A stretch of DNA of 64,000 bases, taken from IMG/VR virus record IMGVR_UViG_3300016471_001035, positions 64,001 through 128,000 of that record; one strand, 5' to 3'. Position numbers and translations under genes: made by a program. Positions 1 to 10,458 of this stretch are shown here, one piece after another (position 1 is the stretch's first letter; each line of letters starts with the position of its first letter). Source of the stretch: a virus. The notes beneath the pieces were generated by a model that had not been told where the DNA came from, ran no database searches, and worked only from the letters and a program-made list of their open reading frames with translations.

Positions 1-785
1 CCAGAAGAAAGCTTTATTTTTTCAGCACGAGGATTTTTTGCTTTTAAGAGCCATGTTTTTAATGGTTGTGTAACGCCGTTTTTTGTATCATAATTTACAG
101 TAAAATTAGAACTTAATGCATCGTTAAAATTAACTTTTTCTTTTAAATTGATAGTAAATTCATGCTCTACATCAAATCCTTGTTTTTTAGCTATAGGGTT
201 AACTTTTTCTATTAAATTTTGTAATGCAGTTTTATCGTAAGCAATCTCTCTAGAAGCTCTGCTTTCAGAACCTCTTACCGGGCTTTTGATTTTTATAATT
301 TCATTTAAACCATGAATTGCTAAGAAATTACTAGCATAACCTATAACATTTGTTGATCCTTTAACAAATTCCATATTAAAAAGAATATTGGGATTATCCC
401 ACATTTTTAATTTTTTTAAATCCTTTTCTATACTTGGTAATGCAGAATTAAATATAGAAAGCACTATCTTACCGGTTTCGAGCATACCATGGCCTTGTGG
501 AAATCTTTGTCCTAGCCTTTCAATTGTAACGCCTTCTATATCTTCAAGTTTATTTGAGCCCCTATCCATAGCAAACTCTTTTTTACCTTCTTTATTAGTA
601 ATTAACTTAATAGAAGCATTTACACCATCTATTTTTACTGCAGCTGATTTTTTTGTCAAACTATTAACAGCTTTATTAAAAAAATTAATAAGATCCTTTC
701 CAGTATTAACGTTAGGCAAATCAAATGGGTGGGCCATATGGCCTGCTACTCCACCTTCAAGTAAGAATTGTTTAAAAGTTATCAT
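1..785 (-). CDS. T4-like phage protein with KxDG (nucleotidyltransferase/ligase-like) motif, DUF6267-like; runs off the left edge
   Basis: Not in ORF track. Read by hand from ATG 785 (ATGA overlap with the upstream stop): MITFKQFLLEGGVAGHMAHPFDLPNVNTGKDLINFFNKAVNSLTKKSAAVKIDGVNASIK... Confidence 0.65.
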   Translation of the reverse strand, partial: MITFKQFLLEGGVAGHMAHPFDLPNVNTGKDLINFFNKAVNSLTKKSAAVKIDGVNASIKLITNKEGKKEFAMDRGSNKLEDIEGVTIERLGQRFPQGHGMLETGKIVLSIFNSALPSIEKDLKKLKMWDNPNILFNMEFVKGSTNVIGYASNFLAIHGLNEIIKIKSPVRGSESRASREIAYDKTALQNLIEKVNPIAKKQGFDVEHEFTINLKEKVNFNDALSSNFTVNYDTKNGVTQPLKTWLLKAKNPRAEKIKLSS

Positions 786-2185
786 ACTATTACGTTAAAC
801 CCGCCCCTGGCTACGGTTCCTCCTGTACCCGGGTCAACTCGCTCAAATTCAGCCGATTTAGTTATACACATTTTAAGATTATAGTTATAATCATTAGTAA
901 ATTCACCTATAACTATTTGCTTGTTTGTTATACTATTAAAAAATATAATATAGCTAAATTTTTCTTTAAATTGATAATCTGCAATTTGAATACCCGAAAC
1001 TATCTTAGCAGCGTAATCAGAATTGAAAGCCTGGCCTATACTGGTAATGTAACTTAATATAAACTTTTTATCTACACTATCAGGATAAACTGAAAATTGT
1101 GAAATTTTTTCTGCTAAAACCTTAGGATCCTTTTCATAATTAAAATAATTTCTAAATGTTTTAACCTCTTTACCTTCACTACTTTTCTTATATTCATTAA
1201 TTTTATCTACAAATTGTGTACCAATTTTAGTACCGGTAAGCTTATCACCAGCTAATGCAAAAGCTTTAGTCGCTGTATTTTTGCTAACTATGGAATTTAA
1301 ATCAAAATTACCTGAATTTATTAAATTAGATAAATCAATAAATCGCTTTTGATTTTGTGTTAATCTTGCCCCGGAAAAAGATAATTTATCTTTTAAAGGT
1401 TTAAACAAATCTATAAAATCTCTCTTTAAATTAAAATCCATTTGCGCTCTAAACTTACCATATTCTGCTCTTAATGATGCCATCACTCTACTAGCTGCAT
1501 CAACAACATCTTTTTTCCCCGGTCTTCCCCCTGTATCCTCTTTAGTAGAGCCCTTTAATTCAACTTTTTTTCCGTCTTGAAAAGCTAAATCTCCTACATC
1601 AGGATTAACCATTTCACTGTACAAGGTAGCTAGCACTTCACCCGGTCCTAACGAAACATTACCTTCCGAAAAAACTAAATTTTTTTCTATATCTTTTACT
1701 AAGTTATTACTACTTAATTGTTTTAGTTTAACAGGAAAATTTGTAATAAAACTATTAAAAGTTTTACTAGATAAATTATCTTTAAAGTTATGTAGCGTTT
1801 TTTTGAGTTTTAAAATAGTATTAATATCTTCAATAATTTCTTTTACCACACCTGTATTATTTGTTTTTAAATTTCTCTCTAGTATTGTTATTAATAATGG
1901 TACACCTATGCTAATAGCTACCTGACTCCATCCGCCTGCTTGAAACCATTTACTAACTTCTTGATTAAGATTAGAAGATATTTTTTGCTCTGCTCCTAAA
2001 AGCTTGCTAGCAGTATAATCACTGGTTACTAATTCTTTTACTCTACCATCATCAAAAGTAATCTTTACTTTTGCTTCCCCTAGTATGTTTTGTCTCGGTA
2101 AAAGAGGTATTGGTTTGGCAAACGATTCCTTTAGATAGATATCTGTAAGCGGCTTATACGGCTTCTTATTTTGCTGCTTCGACAT
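782..2185 (-). CDS. hypothetical protein with PD-(D/E)XK nuclease-like motif
   Basis: 467 aa; GPGE...VGDLAFQDGKKVELKG motif. Confidence 0.45.
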   Translation of the reverse strand: MSKQQNKKPYKPLTDIYLKESFAKPIPLLPRQNILGEAKVKITFDDGRVKELVTSDYTASKLLGAEQKISSNLNQEVSKWFQAGGWSQVAISIGVPLLITILERNLKTNNTGVVKEIIEDINTILKLKKTLHNFKDNLSSKTFNSFITNFPVKLKQLSSNNLVKDIEKNLVFSEGNVSLGPGEVLATLYSEMVNPDVGDLAFQDGKKVELKGSTKEDTGGRPGKKDVVDAASRVMASLRAEYGKFRAQMDFNLKRDFIDLFKPLKDKLSFSGARLTQNQKRFIDLSNLINSGNFDLNSIVSKNTATKAFALAGDKLTGTKIGTQFVDKINEYKKSSEGKEVKTFRNYFNYEKDPKVLAEKISQFSVYPDSVDKKFILSYITSIGQAFNSDYAAKIVSGIQIADYQFKEKFSYIIFFNSITNKQIVIGEFTNDYNYNLKMCITKSAEFERVDPGTGGTVARGGFNVIV

Positions 2186-2186
2186 A

Positions 2187-2624
2187 TCATCCTAGTTTTG
2201 GATCATTACTAAATTTTTTCATAGTATTTAAAAGCTGCTTATATTTTGCCATAAAATTATTTTCGTTAATTGAACCGATAAAAGATTTAAAATGAGGATT
2301 TTCTAGTCTAATAATGTTATCTTCTGATGTCTCACTAGTACGTATAGCCGATTGCAATCCCTCTCTTACTGTTGTTGCATTTTCTTTAGTTATTGGTGTG
2401 GTAAAAAGCGTGTCTATTGAGCCTGTAGGTATATTCATTACTAATGCTTTAGCTAGCATTCTAACCATATCAACATAACCCTCTGGGGGAATAGCAGCGG
2501 TTTCTGCTGGCTGAGGTGCAGGAGCAGGTTGCTCTTGGGCAGGTGCTGGGGCTGCAGCATCTTGCGGTTGGTCTTGTTCATTAAACAGACTCATATACTT
2601 AGAAATTTTGTCGTTAAATCTCAT
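2187..2624 (-). CDS. hypothetical (probable head/internal) protein
   Basis: 145 aa; N-terminal ...SLFNE followed by a Pro/Ala/Gln linker. Confidence 0.55.
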   Translation of the reverse strand: MRFNDKISKYMSLFNEQDQPQDAAAPAPAQEQPAPAPQPAETAAIPPEGYVDMVRMLAKALVMNIPTGSIDTLFTTPITKENATTVREGLQSAIRTSETSEDNIIRLENPHFKSFIGSINENNFMAKYKQLLNTMKKFSNDPKLG

Positions 2625-2659
2625 ATAGATATACTACGTATTTAAATATTTAATAATTT

Positions 2660-3220
2660 TTACACTAAAATAAGCTGTTTTGATTTTAATTGATTAAAGT
2701 AATCTTTATTAAGAAATAACAATCCAAATTTTTTAGTAAACGTCTTTACTTTGCTAAATGTATAATTCTCAAGGCTCACGGTGTCTAAATATGCTCTTAT
2801 GCTATTAATTAATTCTGTGCTTCTACCGTCATTTTTGTGTAACAAATGAGTTAAGAAGTCAAAGGAAATAGTGGAAATAAAGATTTTAATAGGTAATAGC
2901 TTTTTTAATTGCTTAAAAATAACATTTAAAAGGTTTAAAATGTCTTCTTCTTTAAAATATTTTAAAATTTGATAGTTACCCAGTTGGTTATTATTAAAGT
3001 AGATTATACTTTTCTCTTTAATTTTGTTTTGAAGTAATGATTCACAAATTCCTAAAATTATATGATGATAAAAAAACTTCTTTGCATTAGAAGAGATTCT
3101 TTCAGTGAGCAAGCCATGCTTGTGCAAATCATTAATTATATTAAGCTCTATATCTCTAAAAAGATAATTAAAATTAATGATTCTAAAATTATATTGCTTA
3201 AACTCTAAGAACCCTATCAT
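2660..3220 (-). CDS. hypothetical protein
   Basis: 186 aa ORF tiling with neighbours. Confidence 0.55.
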   Translation of the reverse strand: MIGFLEFKQYNFRIINFNYLFRDIELNIINDLHKHGLLTERISSNAKKFFYHHIILGICESLLQNKIKEKSIIYFNNNQLGNYQILKYFKEEDILNLLNVIFKQLKKLLPIKIFISTISFDFLTHLLHKNDGRSTELINSIRAYLDTVSLENYTFSKVKTFTKKFGLLFLNKDYFNQLKSKQLILV

Positions 3221-3240
3221 TAATAAATTATGGCTTCAAT

Positions 3241-3660
3241 CTAAATCTTTTCAAGAAAATTCTTAGGCGGACGTCCTATTCTTACGTTGATAATACCATT
3301 ATAATAGTCATCTCTCATTAATACATTATTTTGTATTTGCTCCGAGATTTCAAAATATGCTAATTCCCATTTTGAACCGCATGTTTTTAAAATTTTAAAA
3401 ATAAACTTATCTTTACCATATTTTTTAATATCTTCGTTTAGCTCAGTTGATGAACTTGTATATTCCTTCCAATCAGATTCCTTTATTTCAACACGTTTAT
3501 TTTTTCTGCCTTTTAAAGGCTTGCGCTTTAATTTTGATTTACATTGCTTTTTACCAATGTATTTTCTACCATTAACAGTGTTTATTATTTCATAAATAAA
3601 TCCAAAAGTATCTTTATTTATAGAAACACCTTCTTTTAAAATCCAGTGACCTAAATCCAT
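3241..3660 (-). CDS. GIY-YIG endonuclease (DenA/Seg-like)
   Basis: FGFIYEIINTVNGRKYIGKK, W..YTSSS, YYNG motifs. Confidence 0.85.
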   Translation of the reverse strand: MDLGHWILKEGVSINKDTFGFIYEIINTVNGRKYIGKKQCKSKLKRKPLKGRKNKRVEIKESDWKEYTSSSTELNEDIKKYGKDKFIFKILKTCGSKWELAYFEISEQIQNNVLMRDDYYNGIINVRIGRPPKNFLEKI

Positions 3661-3676
3661 ATTATACTTAACAAAA

Positions 3677-3931
3677 TTACATTTCTAATCCAGGAAGCGG
3701 GCGTCTTTGAACTTTTAAAGTTATTTTTTTCTTTTTTTTCTTTGCACCTAAAATTTTAGGAATTCTAGCATCGCCCGGTGCATATGCTTTGTCGTTCTGT
3801 GAGGGAAATTGATTACCGAATTCCCCGGGAGCACCGCTTGTTCCCGCGCCAAAAACACTAGCAGGTCCGCCTGCAACATTTGATTCTAATAATTCTAAAA
3901 ACTTTGCTTTAAATGAAACAATTGATTTCAT
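3677..3931 (-). CDS. small hypothetical (probable virion) protein
   Basis: 84 aa; FLELLE leader, Gly/Pro-rich core, YAPGDARIPKILG, basic tail. Confidence 0.55.
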   Translation of the reverse strand: MKSIVSFKAKFLELLESNVAGGPASVFGAGTSGAPGEFGNQFPSQNDKAYAPGDARIPKILGAKKKKKKITLKVQRRPLPGLEM

Positions 3932-3957
3932 ATAACTTTATACTATTATTTAAGTTA

Positions 3958-4350
3958 ATGCAGCTAGAAGATTACATAAAAGAGTTAGAATTAGACTTAA
4001 AAATCAATGAGCTTGAGTTAAAAGATTATCAGCTTAAACTACCCGGAATAAAGCATAAATGGGCAGGGAGATGCATTCGTCACAAGTTGGAGCTTAACGA
4101 TTTACGTAAAAAAAGAGAATTTTTAAAACGAACTTTGGTTGAAAAGCTTCAAGAGCAGAGCCCAGTAAAACTAAACCTACCTGTCGCAGAGAGAACAGTA
4201 GAAAAGCATAGTGAGTTGGCAGAGATGGACGAGCGTATGAAACAATTAGAACTTATAGTAGAACTGCTTGAAAAGTCTGAAAAAACTTTGAGCGCAACGT
4301 CTTATGATTTAAAAAATATTATTGACATAATAAAGCTTGAGACGACATGA
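3958..4350 (+). CDS. uvsY: recombination mediator UvsY
   Basis: DLKINE..L...LPGIKHKW coiled coil directly upstream of uvsW; ATG 3958 preferred over 3913, which overlaps the opposite-strand gene. Confidence 0.75.
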   Translation: MQLEDYIKELELDLKINELELKDYQLKLPGIKHKWAGRCIRHKLELNDLRKKREFLKRTLVEKLQEQSPVKLNLPVAERTVEKHSELAEMDERMKQLELIVELLEKSEKTLSATSYDLKNIIDIIKLETT

Positions 4351-5807
4351 TTTCATTTACACTCGACGCCAAGAAAGGTATGGGGATTATTTCTGGTGAT
4401 ATGCTAGAAGATGTACGTGAATTTTTTTCAGTTAAAAATGAAGCTGCTTTTTTTATGCGTAAAAAATATGGCCGGTTTTTACCTCAGCGTACTTATGCAA
4501 TAACGCCTGCAGGTAAATTTGAGCCCGGGCTTTATTTTGAAATTAGAAAATACCTAACTAACAATCAATATGTAGGTAATGTTACTACCGATGAACAGCT
4601 ATTTAACACTATTAGCCCATCTAGAAAATGGACAGACAATCCTCAATTTTCTTCTGACATTATTTCTCTTTCATTACCCCTAAGAGATTATCAAGAGGAA
4701 ATAGTTAAGAAAGCTTTTAATATTGGTAGAGGTACAATTATATTAGCAACTGCAGGGGGCAAGACATTAACTGCTGCATCTCTTTTAACCAAGCTCTTTA
4801 TTTTGTTTGGTACTTCCTTCAAATGTCTTTACATAGTACCTGATCTAGGCCTTGTCGAGCAAACATCTAACGATTTTAAAACCTACAACGTACCTTTCTC
4901 AGTAGGCAAATGGACAGGTAATTCTCCACTAGATAGCGAGATTAAGAATGTTACAGTAGCTAATTTAGGAATTTTACAAAGTAAAAATACAGATTTAACT
5001 TGGATAGAAAATATAGATGCTCTTATTGTTGATGAGGTTCATAAAATTCGTAGAGGTAATGAAGTTAATAAAATTATTAAAAGAATTAAAACTCCAGTGC
5101 GATTTGGCTTTACTGGTACTATGCCAGAAAATCCTCTAGATCAGTGGAATATTATAGGTAAGATAGGGCCTATAATATATGAAAAAAACAGTTATGAATT
5201 AAGATTAGAAAATTTTGTAAGCAATGTACAAGTACAAATTATAAAAATATTATACAAAGAGGATCCCTTTAAAGATTCAATTATCTCTTCTTCTAATTTA
5301 TATAGAGAAGAACTTAGGTTTTTAATGCGTAATAGATTTAGAAATAATGTTATTGGAAAGCTTGGATGTAAATTATCAAACAATTCATTAATACTCGTCG
5401 ACTACATAGAGCATGGTGAAGCTCTTTATAAGACAATTAAAGAAATGTGCCCTGAAAAGCAATGTTATTTTATTAGAGGTGAAGTTGAAGTCACTGAAAG
5501 AGAAAAAATTAGAAAGTTAATGGAAGATCACCATGATGTTGTGGTGGTAGCGATTTCTAAAATATTTTCTACCGGTATTAACATTAAGAATTTACATTAT
5601 ATTATTTTTGCATGCGGTGGAAAAGCAAAAATTAAAATAGTACAATCAATAGGCAGAGGCCTTCGCTTGCATAAGGATAAAGATAAGCTTATAATATTCG
5701 ACATTGCAGATGACTTAAAATATAGTCTTTTGCATGCTGACAAAAGAATACTTTTATATGAAAAAGAAAAAATCAACTACACAATTAAAGAAGTCCAAGA
5801 AAATTAA
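4347..5807 (+). CDS. uvsW: UvsW SF2 DNA helicase
   Basis: LRDYQ, ATAGGKT, DEVH, GFTGT, STGINI, QSIGRGLR motifs. Confidence 0.92.
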   Translation: MISFTLDAKKGMGIISGDMLEDVREFFSVKNEAAFFMRKKYGRFLPQRTYAITPAGKFEPGLYFEIRKYLTNNQYVGNVTTDEQLFNTISPSRKWTDNPQFSSDIISLSLPLRDYQEEIVKKAFNIGRGTIILATAGGKTLTAASLLTKLFILFGTSFKCLYIVPDLGLVEQTSNDFKTYNVPFSVGKWTGNSPLDSEIKNVTVANLGILQSKNTDLTWIENIDALIVDEVHKIRRGNEVNKIIKRIKTPVRFGFTGTMPENPLDQWNIIGKIGPIIYEKNSYELRLENFVSNVQVQIIKILYKEDPFKDSIISSSNLYREELRFLMRNRFRNNVIGKLGCKLSNNSLILVDYIEHGEALYKTIKEMCPEKQCYFIRGEVEVTEREKIRKLMEDHHDVVVVAISKIFSTGINIKNLHYIIFACGGKAKIKIVQSIGRGLRLHKDKDKLIIFDIADDLKYSLLHADKRILLYEKEKINYTIKEVQEN

Positions 5808-6360
5808 ATCTAAGGGAACTAAGGAGGCTCTAACAGAGGAAAATACTGGCTCTGTTGAAAATGATCCTCAGCTTCAAAAGCTCTTAAAAGAAGGGAAGAT
5901 ACCTCTTGCTGCCGAGCCGGTTAAGAAAGGTAAAGACAAGGTACATTATGTTAACGGTAAAGAATTTGAAGAAGAGATAAGAAGATATTATAAATCAGGC
6001 AACGTTACACAGAAATTAGGCGAAAGCATTACAAAGATTGCACACGGACTATCTTACGCGCCTAACTTTATCAATTATAGTTATAAAGATGATATGATTG
6101 GAGACGCTATAGTAAAAATGTTCTCTGCTTTAAGAAATAAAAAGTTTAAGCTTGATACTGGATTTAGTCCTTTTTCTTATTTTACTACAATTGCTTTCCA
6201 CGCATTTATTAATCGTATTAAAAAAGAAAATAAGCATCACGCAGTATTAAATGAATACAGAGAAAAGGTGTATACCGACTTAATGTTAGATCCTGATGTC
6301 GCAGGAAATGCGCATATCTATGTTGAACCGACAGATGATAATTATAACTCTACTGGGTGA
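5734..6360 (+). CDS. gp55: late-transcription sigma factor gp55 (start may be ATG 5758)
   Basis: HYVN..EF, PNFINYSYKDDMIGDA, PFSYFTTIAFHAFINRIKKE; uvsW-55-47-46 gene order. Confidence 0.9.
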   Translation: MLTKEYFYMKKKKSTTQLKKSKKIKSKGTKEALTEENTGSVENDPQLQKLLKEGKIPLAAEPVKKGKDKVHYVNGKEFEEEIRRYYKSGNVTQKLGESITKIAHGLSYAPNFINYSYKDDMIGDAIVKMFSALRNKKFKLDTGFSPFSYFTTIAFHAFINRIKKENKHHAVLNEYREKVYTDLMLDPDVAGNAHIYVEPTDDNYNSTG

Positions 6361-7421
6361 AAGAATTTACATTAAAAACAAATAAAGTATGTTGTATAGC
6401 TGATTTGCACATAGGTGTACATCAGAACAGTATTTTTTGGCATGAAACTGCCTTAAGATGGGCTGAATGGATAAAGGAAGAATTAAACAAAAAGAAAATA
6501 AAAGATATTTTTATACTCGGAGATCTTTATCATTACAGGGATGAAATTGCTGTTAATACAATTCATGTAGTTAATCAAATTTTAAAGTTATGGTCAGAAT
6601 TTAATGTTGTAATTTTAGTAGGCAATCATGATTCATTTTATAAAGATAGGTCAGATGTAAATTCGTTATCTATTCTCGATGGCTGGAAGAACATCCTTGT
6701 TATTAGCGAGCCAACTACTTATACTATATTAGGTAAAACCGCTACGTTTTTACCATGGGGTGCTTCTTTAAAAGATATAGAAAAATCGGATATTTTATTT
6801 GGTCATTTAGAAATTGAGAGCTTTAAAATGAATAGTCATAAGCATTGTGATCACGGAATAAAAACATCTGACCTACTTAAAAAAGCAGATTTAATTATGA
6901 CCGGCCATTTTCATTTACGCGATGAAAGAAAATATGATAAAAAAACTATTTTGTATGTAGGCAATCCTTTTGAAATGGATTTTGGTGATACCGGATCAAC
7001 TAAAGGCTATTATGTGCTTGATGCCTCGAATTTAACGTATGAATTTTTTGAAAACCCCGTTTCGCCAAAACACAAAAAGCTTACTATTACTGAGCTTTTA
7101 AACTTCAAATCTTTGAGCGCTACGGAAGTCAAGGAGTTTGTAAATAATAATATCGTCAAACTGCAAGTAGATAAAAAAATATCTAGTGATAATATTGAAC
7201 TTCTAATACAAAAAATATCAACATATAAACCTTTTAATCTATCCGTTGATTATTCATTATACGATAATTCTATTACTATTAGTGATGATCAAGCTTATGA
7301 TTTATCAGGCGTTGATATGAGTAAAGCAATTGAAGAATTTATCTCTCTTTTAGACATAGAAAAGAAGAATGATATATCAAAATATTGTTTAGATCTCTAC
7401 AAGAAAGCATTACAGAAATGA
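6357..7421 (+). CDS. gp47: recombination nuclease subunit gp47 (Mre11/SbcD-like)
   Basis: DLHIG, GDLY, GNHD, GHLE, GHFH metallophosphoesterase motifs. Confidence 0.92.
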   Translation: MKEFTLKTNKVCCIADLHIGVHQNSIFWHETALRWAEWIKEELNKKKIKDIFILGDLYHYRDEIAVNTIHVVNQILKLWSEFNVVILVGNHDSFYKDRSDVNSLSILDGWKNILVISEPTTYTILGKTATFLPWGASLKDIEKSDILFGHLEIESFKMNSHKHCDHGIKTSDLLKKADLIMTGHFHLRDERKYDKKTILYVGNPFEMDFGDTGSTKGYYVLDASNLTYEFFENPVSPKHKKLTITELLNFKSLSATEVKEFVNNNIVKLQVDKKISSDNIELLIQKISTYKPFNLSVDYSLYDNSITISDDQAYDLSGVDMSKAIEEFISLLDIEKKNDISKYCLDLYKKALQK

Positions 7422-9229
7422 AATATATTACGTTTAATAAGATTAGTATAAAGAATTTTCTTTCTGTAGGCAATCAACCGGTAACCGTAGACTTTAAAAA
7501 AGGCATTCACATTATTACGGGTATTAATAAAGATAAAGAGGATAGGAGAAATGGGGTAGGTAAGTCAACTGTAGCAGATGCTATATATTTTGCGGTGTTT
7601 GGTGAAACATTACGCGATCTTAAAAAAGAAAATATAATTAACAACATCAATAAAAAAAATTGTGAAATTATTCTTGATGCAACTATTTCGAATCTAGATA
7701 ATAAAGAAGAAATACAAATTATTCGTACTCTAGAACCGTCTAAATGTTACGTTTATATTAACGGTGAAGATAAAACAAGGGATAGTATATCTAATACAAA
7801 TGCGTTTATAGCATCAAAATTTAATAGCAATACCGAGGTATTTCAAAATTGCGTTATTATGACTATTAATAATGTAATACCATTCATGGCTAAGAAGAAG
7901 CAGGAAAAGAGAAAGTTTATTGAAGATATTTTTAATCTAGGTGTATTTGGTGAAATGTTAGATATTTTAAAAAGTGATATTAATGAGAATAAAAAAGTTT
8001 TTGATTTAGAAGCAACCAAACACGATGAAATCACTAAGAATATTTTATCTCTTGTAAAACAGCAGGAAAATCTCTCACAAGAGAGATTGCGCAAAAAAGA
8101 AAAATACCTTACCAGACAAACTAGTAATGCTAGCGAAATAAATGATATTGTAAAAAAACTAAATGTATTTGTATTACCGGATATTCAGGAAATTAAAAAG
8201 AATATCTCTGAACAGGAAGCTAATAGCGCAAAAGCTGATAAAAAGCTTCAAGAAATTAGGCATTCTATATCTGAAAATACTACGTTAATATCACAAGCTA
8301 ACAAGAAGCTTTCTTCTGTAGGAACAGACAAAGACGTTTGTCCTACATGCCTGAGAAGCATTCAAGATGTAGATAGAAATCATATTAAAAATGAAAAGAA
8401 AAAGGTTAATTTAGAAATTGAGAGCTGTGAAGATACTATTTTAAAGCTTAAAGAGGATGAAAAGCAATTTATTTCAGTGCAAAATAAAATAGATGAAAAA
8501 ATACAAAAGCTTCGAGATAGCCTTATCTCTTATCAACATAAAGTAAAGGAAAAAGATAATTTAACTTCTCGACTTAATCAACTTAATACATGGCAAAAAG
8601 AATTAGAGCAGGATTTAAAAGAATTAGAAAATGACGGGCTGTCTTTTGATAATGTTATTAAAGAGCAAAAAGATAGACTAGAGCAGGTTAAACTGCAAAT
8701 TGAAAGTATAAAGGATAAACTTGGAATGCTTGATGTAGCTAAATTTGTTGTCTCAGAAGAAGGAGTTAAATCATATATTGTCAAAAAGATGCTTCAACTC
8801 TTTAATAGTAAACTTGCATATTATCTCAAAAAAATGGACGCCAATTGTATATGCACTTTTAACGAGTATTTTGAAGAAGAAATTATTGATAGCAGAGGTA
8901 AGCCCTGCTCATACTTTAATTTTAGCGGTGCGGAAAGAAAAAATATTGATTTAGCTTGCTTGTTTACATTTATGGATATAAGAAGATTGCAAGGAGATGT
9001 AACTTTTAACTTCAGTATTTATGATGAGCTTTTTGATTCGAGTTTAGATGAAAAGGGTGTAGAGCTTGTAATAGGTATTTTGAAAGAAAGAGTTGAGAAA
9101 TATAACGAGTGTATTATGGTAATTAGTCATAGAAAAGAAAGTATTAAAGCTGCGACCGGCGATATTATCTTTTTAGAAAAGTCTAACGGTATTACTAAGA
9201 GAGTTGATTATAAAGAGTATAGCAGTTAA
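7418..9229 (+). CDS. gp46: recombination ATPase gp46 (Rad50/SbcC-like)
   Basis: KNFLSVGN, NGVGKST, CPTC zinc hook, FSGAE, DELFDSSLD, ISH; ATG 7418 overlaps the gp47 stop. Confidence 0.93.
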   Translation: MKYITFNKISIKNFLSVGNQPVTVDFKKGIHIITGINKDKEDRRNGVGKSTVADAIYFAVFGETLRDLKKENIINNINKKNCEIILDATISNLDNKEEIQIIRTLEPSKCYVYINGEDKTRDSISNTNAFIASKFNSNTEVFQNCVIMTINNVIPFMAKKKQEKRKFIEDIFNLGVFGEMLDILKSDINENKKVFDLEATKHDEITKNILSLVKQQENLSQERLRKKEKYLTRQTSNASEINDIVKKLNVFVLPDIQEIKKNISEQEANSAKADKKLQEIRHSISENTTLISQANKKLSSVGTDKDVCPTCLRSIQDVDRNHIKNEKKKVNLEIESCEDTILKLKEDEKQFISVQNKIDEKIQKLRDSLISYQHKVKEKDNLTSRLNQLNTWQKELEQDLKELENDGLSFDNVIKEQKDRLEQVKLQIESIKDKLGMLDVAKFVVSEEGVKSYIVKKMLQLFNSKLAYYLKKMDANCICTFNEYFEEEIIDSRGKPCSYFNFSGAERKNIDLACLFTFMDIRRLQGDVTFNFSIYDELFDSSLDEKGVELVIGILKERVEKYNECIMVISHRKESIKAATGDIIFLEKSNGITKRVDYKEYSS

Positions 9230-9232
9230 TAT
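9204..9232 (+). promoter_or_regulatory. early sigma70-type promoter (leaderless geometry)
   Basis: TTGATT-N17-TAATAT-N5-ATG. Confidence 0.6.
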
Positions 9233-9237
9233 TAGTT

Positions 9238-10458
9238 ATGCAGTCTCTTCCCTTTGCCTCTCCTTTTGTCTCACCCTTTGCAAATCCGATTGTTTCTCCT
9301 TTTGGTAATTTAAACGTACCTAGAGAGCAAAGTCTTCCCCGCCCACCTGAAATGGATTTAAAGAGGGCTATGAACTACTACGCAGATTACAGTGGTTGCG
9401 GTTTCTGGAGAATGATATGGCCGGAGCACGTTTTAAATGCTCATCAAAAGCTAGTTATGCACGGAAGCACGGTAATGTGTTTTGATCCTAATTATTATCG
9501 AGGAACAGAGTGTATTCGAATTCAAAGACAAGCAACTGTTAGCCAATTAAGATTTGTAAAATTTTTAAAAGAATTAAGCTCTAAAGTCGGATTTAGAATG
9601 GTTTATGAAATAGACGATCTGGTTTTTAGCGAAGATATCCCAGAATACAATAAGTTTAAGCCAGCATTTACTGATCCAGAGATAAGAAAAACTGCACAAA
9701 CTATTATGGAGATGTGTGATGAAATTACTGTAACATGTGATTTCATGAAAGAGTATTATTTAGATAAAACTGCAAACAAAAATATAACGGTAATACCAAA
9801 CTATCCACCGAAGTTTTGGATGGGTAATTACTATGATGAAAAAAGGATCTCATCTAATTTTGATGAGTTTTCTAGCAAGCCAAGAATTCTTTATGCGGGC
9901 TCCGGCGCACATTTTGATGTTGATAACCGAGTAGGCCAGAATGATGACTTTTATCATGTAATTGATGCAATAATTAAAACAAGAAAAAAATATCAATGGG
10001 TATTTTTAGGAGCGTTTCCTCTCCCCTTGAAGCCGTATGTTCAAAACGGTGATCTAGAATTTCACACCTGGCAACAGCTTTATTCTTACCCGGAGAAGAT
10101 TTTTAACCTAAAAGTTAATATGATGGTCGCGCCCTTACAAAACAATACCTTTAATAAAGCAAAAAGCGATTTAAAGTATATTGAAGCATGCTGCTACGGG
10201 CTACCTATTGCTTGTCAAGATTTAGTAACATACAGTAACGCACCTATAAAATTTAATACAGGAGACGAAATGATAGGTCAGATAGAAGAAACCTTAGCCA
10301 AAAAAGGTAAATATATGAATATGTGTGCAAGATATCGTAAGGTTGCAGAAGATCGTTGGCTTGAAAATGAAGATAATATAAACAAATATGTAGAACTTTA
10401 TACCTTGCCTTTTGGGCATCCTAATAGAAGTTTATTAAACAAAATTAATAATTTATGA
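9238..10458 (+). CDS. GT-B fold glycosyltransferase
   Basis: GCGFWRM, YEIDD, VIPN, APLQNNTFNKAKSDLKYIEA..GLP motifs. Confidence 0.75.
   Translation: MQSLPFASPFVSPFANPIVSPFGNLNVPREQSLPRPPEMDLKRAMNYYADYSGCGFWRMIWPEHVLNAHQKLVMHGSTVMCFDPNYYRGTECIRIQRQATVSQLRFVKFLKELSSKVGFRMVYEIDDLVFSEDIPEYNKFKPAFTDPEIRKTAQTIMEMCDEITVTCDFMKEYYLDKTANKNITVIPNYPPKFWMGNYYDEKRISSNFDEFSSKPRILYAGSGAHFDVDNRVGQNDDFYHVIDAIIKTRKKYQWVFLGAFPLPLKPYVQNGDLEFHTWQQLYSYPEKIFNLKVNMMVAPLQNNTFNKAKSDLKYIEACCYGLPIACQDLVTYSNAPIKFNTGDEMIGQIEETLAKKGKYMNMCARYRKVAEDRWLENEDNINKYVELYTLPFGHPNRSLLNKINNL

Noticed and set aside
388-798. 136-aa + strand ORF in the track
   Set aside because: Antisense shadow of the minus-strand gene starting at 785, which has recognisable motifs and an ATGA overlap.
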